A stretch of 64,000 bases of DNA, from positions 122,552-186,551 of the IMG/VR virus record IMGVR_UViG_3300027963_000034, one strand, 5' to 3'. Both the position numbers and the translations under genes were made by a program. The DNA is from a virus. Its lineage: Duplodnaviria; Heunggongvirae; Uroviricota; Caudoviricetes. Below the pieces are notes generated by a model. That model was not told where the DNA came from, did no database searches, and worked only from the letters and a program-made list of their open reading frames with translations. This document shows positions 18,265 through 28,471 of the stretch, in pieces. How positions within the stretch are numbered: position 1 is the first letter of the stretch; the number at the start of each line of letters is the position of its first letter.

Positions 18265-19437
18265 TTAAGCAGTTTCGTATATTTTTTTTATTGAATTTGG
18301 ATATATTTCATTTGTCAATATATTGAAATTATCTTTTGAATAATTATTATAATCTTCTTTAAATTGTTTTAATTCTCTTTTTGATAAAGACATTACTTTT
18401 TTAGTAAAATTTTTAATGCCATCCATTCTTTCCGAATCATTTGCTATATCATTATATGAATGATTCCAAAAATCATATCTATATTTTAATCCCATATTTT
18501 CTAGCATTGATATAGTGTTAACCTTTGAAATCATAATAAATGGGTGACCCATTAAAGTTGGTTTCATTGTTTTTTCTGAAATATTATTCCAATTTAAAAA
18601 GGTATCTGCTGTACCTCTGGACCTTTCCGTATGGTAAAACCTAGTTTCGGCTACAATATCAAAATAAGAATCTAAATAAGAAACAAAATTATAAGCGTTA
18701 TTTCTTTCTCTATATTTTTCATAATTTTCATAATCATTTAAATGCGGCAATTCTTTTAATATTTTCATATTATTATATTCCTCTCTAAATGCAACAGGTA
18801 TAAAATCATCAAATAAAGTTGGCTCATAATCAGGACCAGTTGATGCCCATATAAAATCTTTTATATAATCATTTTCATATAAAAATTCTAAAAATTGTAG
18901 TTTATGTATTCTAGTATGGCCTGCATAAAACATACCTTTAAATTTCCTTAAAACTTTATTAGAGGCCATTTCAACTTTTTTAAAAGCTAAAATGTTTTGA
19001 GGAATTATACTAGTTGGTTGGATATAATGAAACATCAATTCTTCAAACCATAATTGATTATCTCTATTTTTAATTAAATTTTTAGATATCACATAATTTT
19101 CAACCTTAATCAAATCGCATAATTGGTCTATATGTTTTTGATTAATTTCTTGATTATCATATGTTGAAAAATCAAAAAAAACATTTTTTAATGATATTGA
19201 TTTTATAAACGAATTTAAAAAATCATGCATACCCATTTCTGGAGAATCAAACGATTCAAAAGAAATAAATAAAGATGTATTTAAATCTATTGAGTCTAAA
19301 TTTACTAATTCAAATTTAGTAAATAAATCAAAAGATTTAATAAGCTCATTAAAATTGGATTCAAATGAACCGGGTATTATTTTATATCGTTCTAAACTAT
19401 TTGTTTTTTTTAGATGTACAAAACAAAATTTTTTCAT
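18265..19437 (-). CDS. Putative glycosyltransferase (GT10/GT-B-like family, paralog 2)
   Basis: DIVAETRF...ISEKTMKPTLMGHPFIMI motif shared with paralogs 1 and 3. Confidence 0.4.
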   Translation of the reverse strand: MKKFCFVHLKKTNSLERYKIIPGSFESNFNELIKSFDLFTKFELVNLDSIDLNTSLFISFESFDSPEMGMHDFLNSFIKSISLKNVFFDFSTYDNQEINQKHIDQLCDLIKVENYVISKNLIKNRDNQLWFEELMFHYIQPTSIIPQNILAFKKVEMASNKVLRKFKGMFYAGHTRIHKLQFLEFLYENDYIKDFIWASTGPDYEPTLFDDFIPVAFREEYNNMKILKELPHLNDYENYEKYRERNNAYNFVSYLDSYFDIVAETRFYHTERSRGTADTFLNWNNISEKTMKPTLMGHPFIMISKVNTISMLENMGLKYRYDFWNHSYNDIANDSERMDGIKNFTKKVMSLSKRELKQFKEDYNNYSKDNFNILTNEIYPNSIKKIYETA

Positions 19438-19439
19438 AA

Positions 19440-19577
19440 TTAAAACGATTTATATACAAACGGGTCTCTTTTTTTAAGTTCTTCTAATTTTTTTTTAATC
19501 CTCTTTTTGGTTTTATAATCATCGTATTTCTTAACAAAAAAAGAAATTATAGGGATTTTTTTTAATAATTTTTTCAT
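19440..19577 (-). CDS. Small basic protein (45 aa)
   Basis: Not in the ORF track. Hand translation gives MKKLLKKIPIISFFVKKYDDYKTKKRIKKKLEELKKRDPFVYKSF; it fills the gap between two operon genes almost exactly. Confidence 0.6.
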   Translation of the reverse strand: MKKLLKKIPIISFFVKKYDDYKTKKRIKKKLEELKKRDPFVYKSF

Positions 19578-19582
19578 ATTTT

Positions 19583-20125
19583 TTAATTTTTATAATATAA
19601 TTCAGGATATTCAACTAATAAATGAACACCACCTTCTTTTAATGCATATTTATATGCTAATTCTATATCTTGCCAACTTTTTAAATCGTGAAATTCAATA
19701 TTTTTACAAATTGATTTAAATTCTTCAAAATAATTTCCTTTATGTTGGTGACCTGGGTCTAATGGGGTATCACTACCTTTACCTAATCTAATAATTAAGT
19801 TTAATTTTTTTCCAGTCATTAATTCAAATTTATCAACGTGATTTATTAGTTGATTTGCCGCTGATACTATGAAATCCCATCTAGGATAAAATGTAACAAC
19901 TCTTTTACCAGTTATTGCCAATCCTAAACTCATACCCATTTGAGTTTCTTCCATTACAGGTACTTCAATCATTTTTTCTTTTGGTACTTCTCCCAAAGTT
20001 GTACTCATTGGATTTCCTGCATAAACAATTTGTTGTCCTATAAAAATTGTATCTTCTAATTTTGCTAACTCCGTCATTGCATTTGTTAATGCATCTTTAT
20101 ATGGAGAATATTGTGGTGTGCTCAT
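19583..20125 (-). CDS. TPP-dependent enzyme, E1-beta/transketolase pyrimidine-binding subunit (short form)
   Basis: IEVPVMEETQMGMSLGLAITG...PRWDFIVSAANQLIN; lacks the C-terminal domain III. Confidence 0.8.
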   Translation of the reverse strand: MSTPQYSPYKDALTNAMTELAKLEDTIFIGQQIVYAGNPMSTTLGEVPKEKMIEVPVMEETQMGMSLGLAITGKRVVTFYPRWDFIVSAANQLINHVDKFELMTGKKLNLIIRLGKGSDTPLDPGHQHKGNYFEEFKSICKNIEFHDLKSWQDIELAYKYALKEGGVHLLVEYPELYYKN

Positions 20126-20127
20126 AA

Positions 20128-21246
20128 TTAATTAAATAAGTGATGAAAATTGTGATTTACATATTTTAAATTATGTATTTTTTTTACTTCTGTCATAAAA
20201 TCTCTAAATAAAATATTTGTTGGATTAAATACCTGCAATTCTTCTAAATAGTCTGCGGAAAAGGTTCCCCAATCTACTATCTGTCTATAATTTAAAGTTA
20301 TACCCCATTTAAATTTGGAATCTTTAAATATGTCAGTTATTAGTTCATAAAACATAAACATTTCTTTGTAATTATGTTTGCTAACTACCATTGAACATAC
20401 AAACTCTTCTATTATATGGTCTTGTGTTGCTAAAAATTTTAAATTTTCTATCAACCTATCCCATTGTCCATTCCATCTAGTTTTCTTTTCGTATGTTTCT
20501 TTTGTAGCAGCATCTATACTAATTTCAATTGTTTTTATGTATGGAGTTGCTTTCATTTTTTTCCACAAAGGTTCATCTAATAAATTTCCGTTTGTTATTA
20601 TTTGCAATTGTTCTAATTTTGGATATTTTGTTATATCAAAATTTATTAAATAATCTCTATAAATTTTTGAATAAAATGGGTCACCACTTCCGGTAACCAT
20701 AATTCTTTTTAATCCACTTGCAAAATTATCTTCTATTGATTTTAGTAAATGTAATTTTGATTTATGTTCAGGTGATTCCAAATCATCATTTGGTATTAAA
20801 CTAACTCTACAAGAAGGACATCTTAAATTACAACTCCTATCAAATCCAAAGAGTATCTCTTCTGGAGGTGTTTTGAAATTAATTATATCTTCTTCGGTAT
20901 GTATATTATAAACTTCTCTAAACTCTTCTATTTCTCTAAACAAATATGGTTTTCTCCCTGTGTTTATTAATTCGTTTAGTCTTGGACATATAGTGTGGTT
21001 ACAATATTTGTATGTGCCATCCATAACCGATTTACGAATATTTTGAGCAGGCTCCGATGTCCAATTTCTCATAACATCATCACTTTCATTTACAGGAAAC
21101 CAATTTTCTTTTCCATTTTCGTCTACTCTAATACTTTGAGGTGCCCATGATGGACAGCATATGAATTGAGATGACCATTGTACATCACTATACATAAATG
21201 GCATCTCACACACATATTTTTTTAATATTTCCTCTTTATTATCCAT
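20128..21246 (-). CDS. Radical SAM protein with N-terminal twitch/SPASM-like domain
   Basis: CNLRCPSC, TGSGDPF and ITNG motifs; N-terminal CEMPF...ICCPSW...CNHTIC. Confidence 0.85.
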   Translation of the reverse strand: MDNKEEILKKYVCEMPFMYSDVQWSSQFICCPSWAPQSIRVDENGKENWFPVNESDDVMRNWTSEPAQNIRKSVMDGTYKYCNHTICPRLNELINTGRKPYLFREIEEFREVYNIHTEEDIINFKTPPEEILFGFDRSCNLRCPSCRVSLIPNDDLESPEHKSKLHLLKSIEDNFASGLKRIMVTGSGDPFYSKIYRDYLINFDITKYPKLEQLQIITNGNLLDEPLWKKMKATPYIKTIEISIDAATKETYEKKTRWNGQWDRLIENLKFLATQDHIIEEFVCSMVVSKHNYKEMFMFYELITDIFKDSKFKWGITLNYRQIVDWGTFSADYLEELQVFNPTNILFRDFMTEVKKIHNLKYVNHNFHHLFN

Positions 21247-22238
21247 TATGGTTTTGAGTTTGGATTGAATTCATTTTTATGAGTTTTATACCATTGTAAA
21301 GCGTTTTCTAAACCAGTTTTTAAATCGTATTTTGGTTTCCAACCTAACTTACGCAACTTCTCATTAGAAAGTAATCTAACGGGTATCATTGGAGCTTTGT
21401 TACTTACATACTCAATTGGGTTATTATTATTCTCAACCTCTTTAATGGTGTTTAAAACTTCATTAACACTATATCCACTACCATAACACACATTATAGAT
21501 ATCGTAAGTATCTACATTTTCTGCAACACATATAAACCCACTAACCATATCATCTACATGGATTACATCTCTAACTTCACTACCATCTCCCCATACTGGT
21601 ATTGGATTTAAATTATCTGCTACTTTACGAATATTTGCAGGAGTAACGTGACACTTTTCGTAATCGTATTTATCATTTGGACCAAATGCGTTTGAAGGTC
21701 TAATAATTACACATTGCATTGGATTATGAATATGATTTGATAAAAAATCACAAAGTGTTTCACCATATCTTTTCATATTACCTACCGCTTTATATACCGG
21801 AAATATGTTAGGTGTTTGGCAATTTTCATCCTCATAACAATACTCACTACCCAAATCAGGATAGACAGTATTTGAAGAAATATACATAAATTTACGAACT
21901 TTGTTTTTCCAAGCTTGTTCCATTAGATTTACATTCATTTCCACATTTGCCGTAACGTGTAATAAAGGATTAACTTTGGTATCTAACGCATTTGATGTGT
22001 TTGCTGCACAATGAAAAATTACGTCAACATTTTCTGTAACTTTATTACAAAACTCTGCAGTTTGTAAATCTCCTTTTAAATGTTCTACATTTTCCCAACC
22101 CTTGAAATCTTCTCTTAAACCTCTACCAAAGGTAATTGCACGGATATTAGTATATCCTTGCTCCCATAGGGATTTAATTAATCGTGAACCAATAAATCCA
22201 CTTGCTCCTGTAACTAAAATTTTGTCTGTTTTTTTCAT
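21246..22238 (-). CDS. NAD-dependent epimerase/reductase (extended SDR, GDP-fucose synthase-like)
   Basis: GASGFIG, YKAVGNMKRY (Y...K), RPSNAFGPND and VWGDGSEVRD. Start placed at MKKTDK (22238) to avoid overlap with the upstream gene. Confidence 0.85.
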   Translation of the reverse strand: MKKTDKILVTGASGFIGSRLIKSLWEQGYTNIRAITFGRGLREDFKGWENVEHLKGDLQTAEFCNKVTENVDVIFHCAANTSNALDTKVNPLLHVTANVEMNVNLMEQAWKNKVRKFMYISSNTVYPDLGSEYCYEDENCQTPNIFPVYKAVGNMKRYGETLCDFLSNHIHNPMQCVIIRPSNAFGPNDKYDYEKCHVTPANIRKVADNLNPIPVWGDGSEVRDVIHVDDMVSGFICVAENVDTYDIYNVCYGSGYSVNEVLNTIKEVENNNNPIEYVSNKAPMIPVRLLSNEKLRKLGWKPKYDLKTGLENALQWYKTHKNEFNPNSKP

Positions 22239-22243
22239 ATTTT

Positions 22244-23320
22244 TTATTTGAATATATCCCAATTTAAAACTACATCATTTACAAATTTTCTTGTTAAAAT
22301 GGATGATGTGTGTCCATACCAACTTTTTTCTAAATATTTTTTTTGTCCATCAATATCCAATCCATTCATTTCTCTCCATATAACTTTTGGTAAATTATAA
22401 TTACCATCATCCAAATTGTAATCAAAGTTTCTAATACTCCATTCAATTAGACCTCCAAACGAAGATACGGAATTTTCTTCAAAAAACCAAAAGTATTTTT
22501 CAAAATTAATTCTATCTGAATACATTTTTACATATGGGTTATTTTCTAATATAGTAGGTTGTTTCCACGTATTTTGTATTTTTCTTTGCTCTATCATTTG
22601 TTGATATGGTGTTCCAAATTTAGGATTATCCCAAGTATCGTATGGTGGAGTTCGTGTATCTAATGCATTTTTAGAAAAATTATTATTCATATTAAATGAA
22701 TAAAATTTTGTAACTCCAACTTTTTCTAACCAACTTAATAAACCAACCAAAGAATCAAACCAATCTATATATCGTTCTTCTTTTGACATTACAGCATCTA
22801 AATAGTGAGCAGCAAATTCGTCTACTTTTCCAGGATGTTCGGTTAAATTATATCCACCTGTTAAATAATAATATCCATGTTGATAACAATAATCTTTTTC
22901 ACCAAATTTAATAAAATCATTAGTATGTGGGTGTGAATCATTTTTTTCCAACCATAATTTTGTTAAATCATTTTTTGGGTTTTCAACATATTTTGATGGT
23001 GAAATAAAAAATGAATTTCTAGTCAATGTTGTCCATTGCGCAACAACTATTATATCTTTTGGATTAATTTTCTGATTATAAATTAAATCACTTACTTTAT
23101 AAAATATTGAACGACATATTGTTTTGTTGTCATTTGTAATTGTTCCATAATTATGAAATTCAGCATCTTTACCCAATGTTCTCCATAACCAATGAAACCA
23201 AGTATAATCTTCTTTTACATCATTTTTCCATCTATCTTCTTTTTCTGGTAAAGATATATTAACTCTATAATTGTGAGTAAATGAACAACCAGATGTAACT
23301 ATATGTAATTTATTTTCCAC
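22244..23320 (-). CDS. SGNH/GDSL-like esterase or acyltransferase (paralog 2)
   Basis: VTSGCSFT, NYG..TNDN, IVVAQWT and C-terminal GHTS; clearly paralogous to 17188..18261. Confidence 0.55.
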   Translation of the reverse strand: MENKLHIVTSGCSFTHNYRVNISLPEKEDRWKNDVKEDYTWFHWLWRTLGKDAEFHNYGTITNDNKTICRSIFYKVSDLIYNQKINPKDIIVVAQWTTLTRNSFFISPSKYVENPKNDLTKLWLEKNDSHPHTNDFIKFGEKDYCYQHGYYYLTGGYNLTEHPGKVDEFAAHYLDAVMSKEERYIDWFDSLVGLLSWLEKVGVTKFYSFNMNNNFSKNALDTRTPPYDTWDNPKFGTPYQQMIEQRKIQNTWKQPTILENNPYVKMYSDRINFEKYFWFFEENSVSSFGGLIEWSIRNFDYNLDDGNYNLPKVIWREMNGLDIDGQKKYLEKSWYGHTSSILTRKFVNDVVLNWDIFK

Positions 23321-24266
23321 AATAAAAATTATATGTTTTTTGTAATGCTTCTTTAAATCCTAATTTTGGTAATAGTGATAATGCTTTTTGTTTTGTAGTA
23401 TCCATCTGTCTTCTCATATCACCATTTGGTTTTGTAGTATCCCAATTTATAGATATATCTTTACCACTAATTTTAATCAATTCTTCAATCATAGATTTAA
23501 TAGTAATTTCTTCTCCTGCACCAAAATTTACTGTCGTATGCATTCTCATTTCATATAACTGAATAATGGCATCTGCCACATCTCCAGCATATACAAAATC
23601 TCTAATTGGTGTACCATCACCCCATGCTTCAATTGAATCAATTGCTTCATATATTTTTTTACATTGAGTTGCAATGACCGTACCATTTCCACTAAAATCA
23701 TCATACTCACCAAATATGTTTGCCGGTCTTATTATTGCCCAACGAAGATAATTATGTTGAACTTTATATGCTTCTAATAAAATTTCACCCATTCTCTTAC
23801 TCCAACTTGGAAACCAATCTGCTTCTGACGGTAGGGTTTTCCAAACACTTTCTTCTTCAAATTTTTCTGCAGGTGCATATACACCAACCGAACTTACAAA
23901 TACTAACCAAATGTTATTTTTTGCACATTGATTAATAATCTCAGTATTAATTTTAAATGAAGGATATAAAAAATCAACTGGATTATTTTTTGCTCTTAAT
24001 GGAGAGCCTTTAATACCAAATGTATTAAATACGGCATCAGGTGTTTCATAAAAGAAAAGATTTTTAACATTATCTTCTATTGTTAAATCCATTTGATAAA
24101 ATGTAAAATTATCCGACTTTGGTAAGTTTTCTGAATATTTTAAATCGACACCGATTACATTATATCCTTTTTCTAAGGATTTTTTTACTAAATGGATTCC
24201 TACTAATCCACTACATCCAGTTATAATAACTTTCTTCCTTCTATTTGCATTTGTCTCTTTACCCAT
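23310..24266 (-). CDS. NAD-dependent epimerase/reductase (GDP-fucose synthase-like)
   Basis: GCSGLVG, WSKRMGE, RPANIFG and WGDGTPIRDF. Confidence 0.85.
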   Translation of the reverse strand: MGKETNANRRKKVIITGCSGLVGIHLVKKSLEKGYNVIGVDLKYSENLPKSDNFTFYQMDLTIEDNVKNLFFYETPDAVFNTFGIKGSPLRAKNNPVDFLYPSFKINTEIINQCAKNNIWLVFVSSVGVYAPAEKFEEESVWKTLPSEADWFPSWSKRMGEILLEAYKVQHNYLRWAIIRPANIFGEYDDFSGNGTVIATQCKKIYEAIDSIEAWGDGTPIRDFVYAGDVADAIIQLYEMRMHTTVNFGAGEEITIKSMIEELIKISGKDISINWDTTKPNGDMRRQMDTTKQKALSLLPKLGFKEALQKTYNFYCGK

Positions 24267-25594
24267 TCTTTTTCTATTTTTTCTAAATTATCTTTAAACA
24301 TTATTTTATCTGCAAAAGATATTAAATGTTTTCTATTATGTATTAATTTTTCTTTTATTGAAATATACCAGTTATGTAAATCTTCTAATGGTAAATTAGA
24401 TATTCTTTCTATTTCACTACAAACTTTTAAATATCTTTCTTCATTGTTTTCTATTTCATCATAACTTTCATCAATAAGCCCATCAAAAGTTTCAAATCCC
24501 AATGATTTTAAATATTTTAAATAGCCGTATGCACCAAATACTATAAATGGTTGCAATACTGCCATAGGATTGCATATTTTTTCGGTAAGAAATATATCTT
24601 TTTCAAAATTAGTTTCTGTAACAATGTATATGTAAGAATCTAAATAAATTTCTTTTTTATAGGCTTTTGCAACTTCAAATGATTCTTTATCTTCTGAGTG
24701 TTGGGTATCAACTTCTATTGGTAATTTATTTGAAAATGTTTTTTCTGCTTCTATAATTTCTAAATCAAATTTTTCATTTCCTGTTTTATATAGTGTTTTA
24801 TTTTCCGATTTTTTAAGAAAACTTGCATATATTTTATCCCACATATTTTTACTTTCTAAAAAACAACCAAATGTATATCTAAAAGGCTTTTGAGAATTTC
24901 TATTTAAACATACAAAATGTTTGTTTCTTTTTGTATCAATTTCATCTTCTTTAATAAATGTAGTTTCGTATCCAAGAGTATTATTCGGTTTATATTGTAA
25001 TTCTTTTATTTTTTTAGCAGTTGATATCAAAATACTATCTTCAAATAAAAAAGTATACCCAATATCTTTTATTTCTGGAAGTAATTCAAATAAATTTGAA
25101 GTTCCAACAAAAAATATAAAATGAGAAGGATGTAATCCAATAGATTGTATATCTTTATCAAATTTATTTATAAAATCTAAATCTGAAAATGGTTCATGTG
25201 AATAATTAATTACAAATTTTAATTTTTCCCACTTTGCCATTTGGATAGCTTTAAATGGTATATTTTTTATAAAAGATGTACTATATTTTTTTCCATTTGT
25301 AGAAATTTTATCTTCTTTTATTAAATTTCTGTGGTCACCATAAAGTTCTATTGGATAAAAATAAAATCCCAAAATATCAATATCTCCGTTTAAATAAACA
25401 TAATCTTTTGGATGTTTTATTAAATTGTGATATAATTCCGAATGACAAGTATGCAACTCAAACTCTTGAGTATTGGCATTATAATTATATTCTTCGTTTG
25501 TATGATTATATTTCAAAAAAATTTCTCTATGCCATAAATTTGGATATGGTCGGTTTCTCATATAATCTTCTCTATCAAATGCAAATTTTATCAT
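24221..25594 (-). CDS. Putative glycosyltransferase (GT10/GT-B-like family, paralog 3)
   Basis: YIVTETNF...FLTEKICNPMAVLQPFIVFG...GFETFDGLIDESYD. Confidence 0.4.
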   Translation of the reverse strand: MIKFAFDREDYMRNRPYPNLWHREIFLKYNHTNEEYNYNANTQEFELHTCHSELYHNLIKHPKDYVYLNGDIDILGFYFYPIELYGDHRNLIKEDKISTNGKKYSTSFIKNIPFKAIQMAKWEKLKFVINYSHEPFSDLDFINKFDKDIQSIGLHPSHFIFFVGTSNLFELLPEIKDIGYTFLFEDSILISTAKKIKELQYKPNNTLGYETTFIKEDEIDTKRNKHFVCLNRNSQKPFRYTFGCFLESKNMWDKIYASFLKKSENKTLYKTGNEKFDLEIIEAEKTFSNKLPIEVDTQHSEDKESFEVAKAYKKEIYLDSYIYIVTETNFEKDIFLTEKICNPMAVLQPFIVFGAYGYLKYLKSLGFETFDGLIDESYDEIENNEERYLKVCSEIERISNLPLEDLHNWYISIKEKLIHNRKHLISFADKIMFKDNLEKIEKEWVKRQMQIEGRKLL

Positions 25595-25604
25595 AAAATA
25601 TTTT

Positions 25605-26237
25605 TTAAAAAGCTATCCACTTACCAGTCCCGTAATGTGGGAATTTTGATTTATATGTATAATATATTACATCCGATGGAACTTCTCTTTTTGTATTCCA
25701 AGTTGCTTCGGTTGGTGTATATGTTGATACTCCATTATCTTCTACCACAAATACAATTGGTAAATCAAAGTTTTTCGCATATTTGTGAACTTCATAGAAT
25801 ATACCACTTTCAAACGACATATCACCTAGAAACACAAATACTTTTTCATCACTACCTTTTTGTTTAATCCCCATTGCAACACCTAATGCAATTGATAGAG
25901 TACCTCCTACAATTGCTGATGCGTAAAATTTATCGTCTATATCACATAGTGTTATAGATTTACCATCCAATATAAGTGCTTCCGCGTAATCTGCTGAAAT
26001 ACCCTTTAATAACCAATGGTAATGAGAACGCCACGTACTAAATACCCAGTCATTTTCTGAAACTCGTTTGAATATCTCAACCAATTGTTCTTCGTTTCCA
26101 TTTGATAAGTGTATTGGACCTCTGATTTTTCCTGCTTCCCAATGTTCAACAATTCTTTCTTCAAAACGAATAAGTTTTTCTGGTGTCCATCCAATATCTT
26201 TTCTAACTATTGGATATTGTTCTAAATTTTTAATCAT
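25605..26237 (-). CDS. TPP-dependent enzyme, E1-alpha-like subunit (short form)
   Basis: GPIHLSNGNE, STWRSHYH and the TPP-binding motif GDMSFESG...EDN. Confidence 0.85.
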   Translation of the reverse strand: MIKNLEQYPIVRKDIGWTPEKLIRFEERIVEHWEAGKIRGPIHLSNGNEEQLVEIFKRVSENDWVFSTWRSHYHWLLKGISADYAEALILDGKSITLCDIDDKFYASAIVGGTLSIALGVAMGIKQKGSDEKVFVFLGDMSFESGIFYEVHKYAKNFDLPIVFVVEDNGVSTYTPTEATWNTKREVPSDVIYYTYKSKFPHYGTGKWIAF

Positions 26238-26952
26238 TTGTTATATTTTTATATAAAAGTTCTGCTACATTTTTATGTCCATTTATTGAAAAATGGCCGT
26301 CATTTGAATCAATTTCATCGGAGATTCTTAATTTATTATTTTCTATATAATTTTTTAAATTTTTATGGCCTTGAAAATTAACAATATTAATATCTTCATT
26401 TTCTAATAAAAAATAATCATACAAAATGAAATATGGTTTAAATCCTTTAGATACTAAATAAGAATTTAATAAATATATTTCTTTTTTATCTATTGAACTT
26501 TGAACATTTTCATCAAATATGTTTAATACAAAATTTGAATAATAATCAAATAAAGGTTTAAATTCTTCATTATTGTTGTATGGACTATCGGAATATAAAA
26601 CACTATTTAAATTATATTTAACACCATTCCACCAAATCGTTTTTCTTTGAGGCATGGTCAATTGTATTATTGCAATTTTATTTTTATATTCAGATAAATC
26701 CGTTTCATGTATATAATCGAATGTAGTTTGAAAAATATTTTCATTTGAATTACATGATTCTGATAAATTTATGTAATCACAATTACATTTTGTAGATAAT
26801 ACTTTTGAATATCTCAATTCTTCTCTTATTTCAAAATATTGTGGCTTTCGTTCAATAAGATTGTATCCATATTGATTTAAAATATAGGGGTCTTCCAGGC
26901 CTCCACCTTCGGTAAAACTACATCCATTAAATAAAATAAAATCTGGATTCAT
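26230..26952 (-). CDS. SGNH/GDSL-like esterase or acyltransferase (paralog 3)
   Basis: FNGCSFTEG, NLSESCNSN and C-terminal DGHFSINGH. Confidence 0.6.
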   Translation of the reverse strand: MNPDFILFNGCSFTEGGGLEDPYILNQYGYNLIERKPQYFEIREELRYSKVLSTKCNCDYINLSESCNSNENIFQTTFDYIHETDLSEYKNKIAIIQLTMPQRKTIWWNGVKYNLNSVLYSDSPYNNNEEFKPLFDYYSNFVLNIFDENVQSSIDKKEIYLLNSYLVSKGFKPYFILYDYFLLENEDINIVNFQGHKNLKNYIENNKLRISDEIDSNDGHFSINGHKNVAELLYKNITND

Positions 26953-27497
26953 TATCTATCTCGTTTTTGTAATATTGGTTTATCGGTTGGCCATTCCATT
27001 TGATATTCAGGGTCGTTCCATTTAACCACACCCTGTTCATCAGCATCCACATAACCATCTTTGTAAAATAAATTATAATGAAACATACAATCGGTTAATG
27101 CGTAGTGGCCGTTTGCAAATCCTGGTGGAACTAATACTTGATTTCTATCTTTTTCACTTATAATAAAATTTTCCCACTCACCAAATGTAGGACTATTTTT
27201 TCTCATATCCAAAACAATTAGGTAAATATCTCCAACTGCTGCTTGTACTAATTTCCAAGTCTTATTATCGTAATGCAATCCTCTTAATACACCTTTATAT
27301 GATTTTGAGAATCTACCATGAATACTAATCTCACTTTTATCATAATGAATTTGTGTCATCACAGGATGTTCTTCTGAATGAAAGGTTGTAAATATTTCAC
27401 CTCTATATTCTCTATAAATTGATGGAGTGTATGTTGGCACTTCATACCCAAATTTTTTTGATGGAGTAATTTGAAACTCATCCCATTTATTACTCAT
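26952..27497 (-). CDS. rmlC: dTDP-4-dehydrorhamnose 3,5-epimerase-like cupin
   Basis: EYRGEIF, GVLRGLHY, LDMRKNSPTFGEW, VPPGFANGH and WNDP. Start placed at MSNKW (27497). Confidence 0.85.
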   Translation of the reverse strand: MSNKWDEFQITPSKKFGYEVPTYTPSIYREYRGEIFTTFHSEEHPVMTQIHYDKSEISIHGRFSKSYKGVLRGLHYDNKTWKLVQAAVGDIYLIVLDMRKNSPTFGEWENFIISEKDRNQVLVPPGFANGHYALTDCMFHYNLFYKDGYVDADEQGVVKWNDPEYQMEWPTDKPILQKRDR

Positions 27498-27498
27498 A

Positions 27499-28470
27499 TT
27501 ATGTTTGATTTGCGTATCCCAAAGGAAAGCCATTTCTAAATTCTGAACCCATTTTTGGAACTATCATTTGATATGCCATTATAAGTTCGTTAATACCTCT
27601 ATCTAAATTCCATTGTGGTCCCCAACCCGTTGATTCTAATTTATCGTTTGATACAATGTAGTTCCTCTTGTCCGGGTCCTCATAAAAATCATTATAAGAT
27701 ACTGCAAAATCTTTTACATGGGATTGTATTTTTTCTAATAACTCTTGTTTTGAAAGATTTGCATTACTCAAACCTACATTAAAAATTTCACCTTTATATT
27801 TGTCATAATGTTGAATCATAAAGCAAAAAGTAAATCCTACATCCTGTATGTGTATGAAATTTCTTTTAAATGTTTTTTCAAATACAACAATATATTTGTC
27901 TGTTATTGCCTTATAAACAAAATCGTTTACTAACAAGTCAGTTCTCATTCTTGGTGAAACTCCAAAGACAGTTGCCAATCTAAATACGATTGCATCCGTA
28001 CAATTTCTTAAAAAGTTTTCCGCATCACATTTAGTTTGTCCGTAAACTGATATCGGTGTAAGTGGAGATTCTTCGGTACATTCTAATTGTCCGGTTCCTA
28101 AACCATAACCGCTATTTGTATTTGGATATAAAATCTTTTTACCCTTTCCGTTTGTGAATTTAACTATGTTTACTATTTGTTGAAAGTTTATTTCTTTTGC
28201 AAGTTTTGGGTCTTGTTGGCATGCAGGAAATCCTACAATAGCTGCTAATGGAATGATAATATCCGCCTCATTACAAAGTTTTTCTAATAAAGTTTCATTA
28301 CGAACATCACCATATATAAATTTAAATTTGGACTTTGAGGTATATTGTAATAAGGAAGTTTGATTGAATAATAATTTATCCAAAACAATAACCTCATAAC
28401 TTTGTTCTAATAGTTTTCCAACTAATACTGAACCTAAATATCCTGCTCCACCGGTTATTAGTATTTTCAT
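27499..28470 (-). CDS. NAD-dependent epimerase/dehydratase (extended SDR)
   Basis: GGAGYLG, YGQTK (Y...K), RLATVFGVSPRMR and RNFIHI. Confidence 0.9.
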   Translation of the reverse strand: MKILITGGAGYLGSVLVGKLLEQSYEVIVLDKLLFNQTSLLQYTSKSKFKFIYGDVRNETLLEKLCNEADIIIPLAAIVGFPACQQDPKLAKEINFQQIVNIVKFTNGKGKKILYPNTNSGYGLGTGQLECTEESPLTPISVYGQTKCDAENFLRNCTDAIVFRLATVFGVSPRMRTDLLVNDFVYKAITDKYIVVFEKTFKRNFIHIQDVGFTFCFMIQHYDKYKGEIFNVGLSNANLSKQELLEKIQSHVKDFAVSYNDFYEDPDKRNYIVSNDKLESTGWGPQWNLDRGINELIMAYQMIVPKMGSEFRNGFPLGYANQT

Positions 28471-28471
28471 A

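Noticed and set aside
19583-26237. Pyruvate dehydrogenase as a central-metabolism auxiliary gene
   Set aside because: Both subunits are truncated, there is no E2/E3, and the context is NDP-sugar enzymes.
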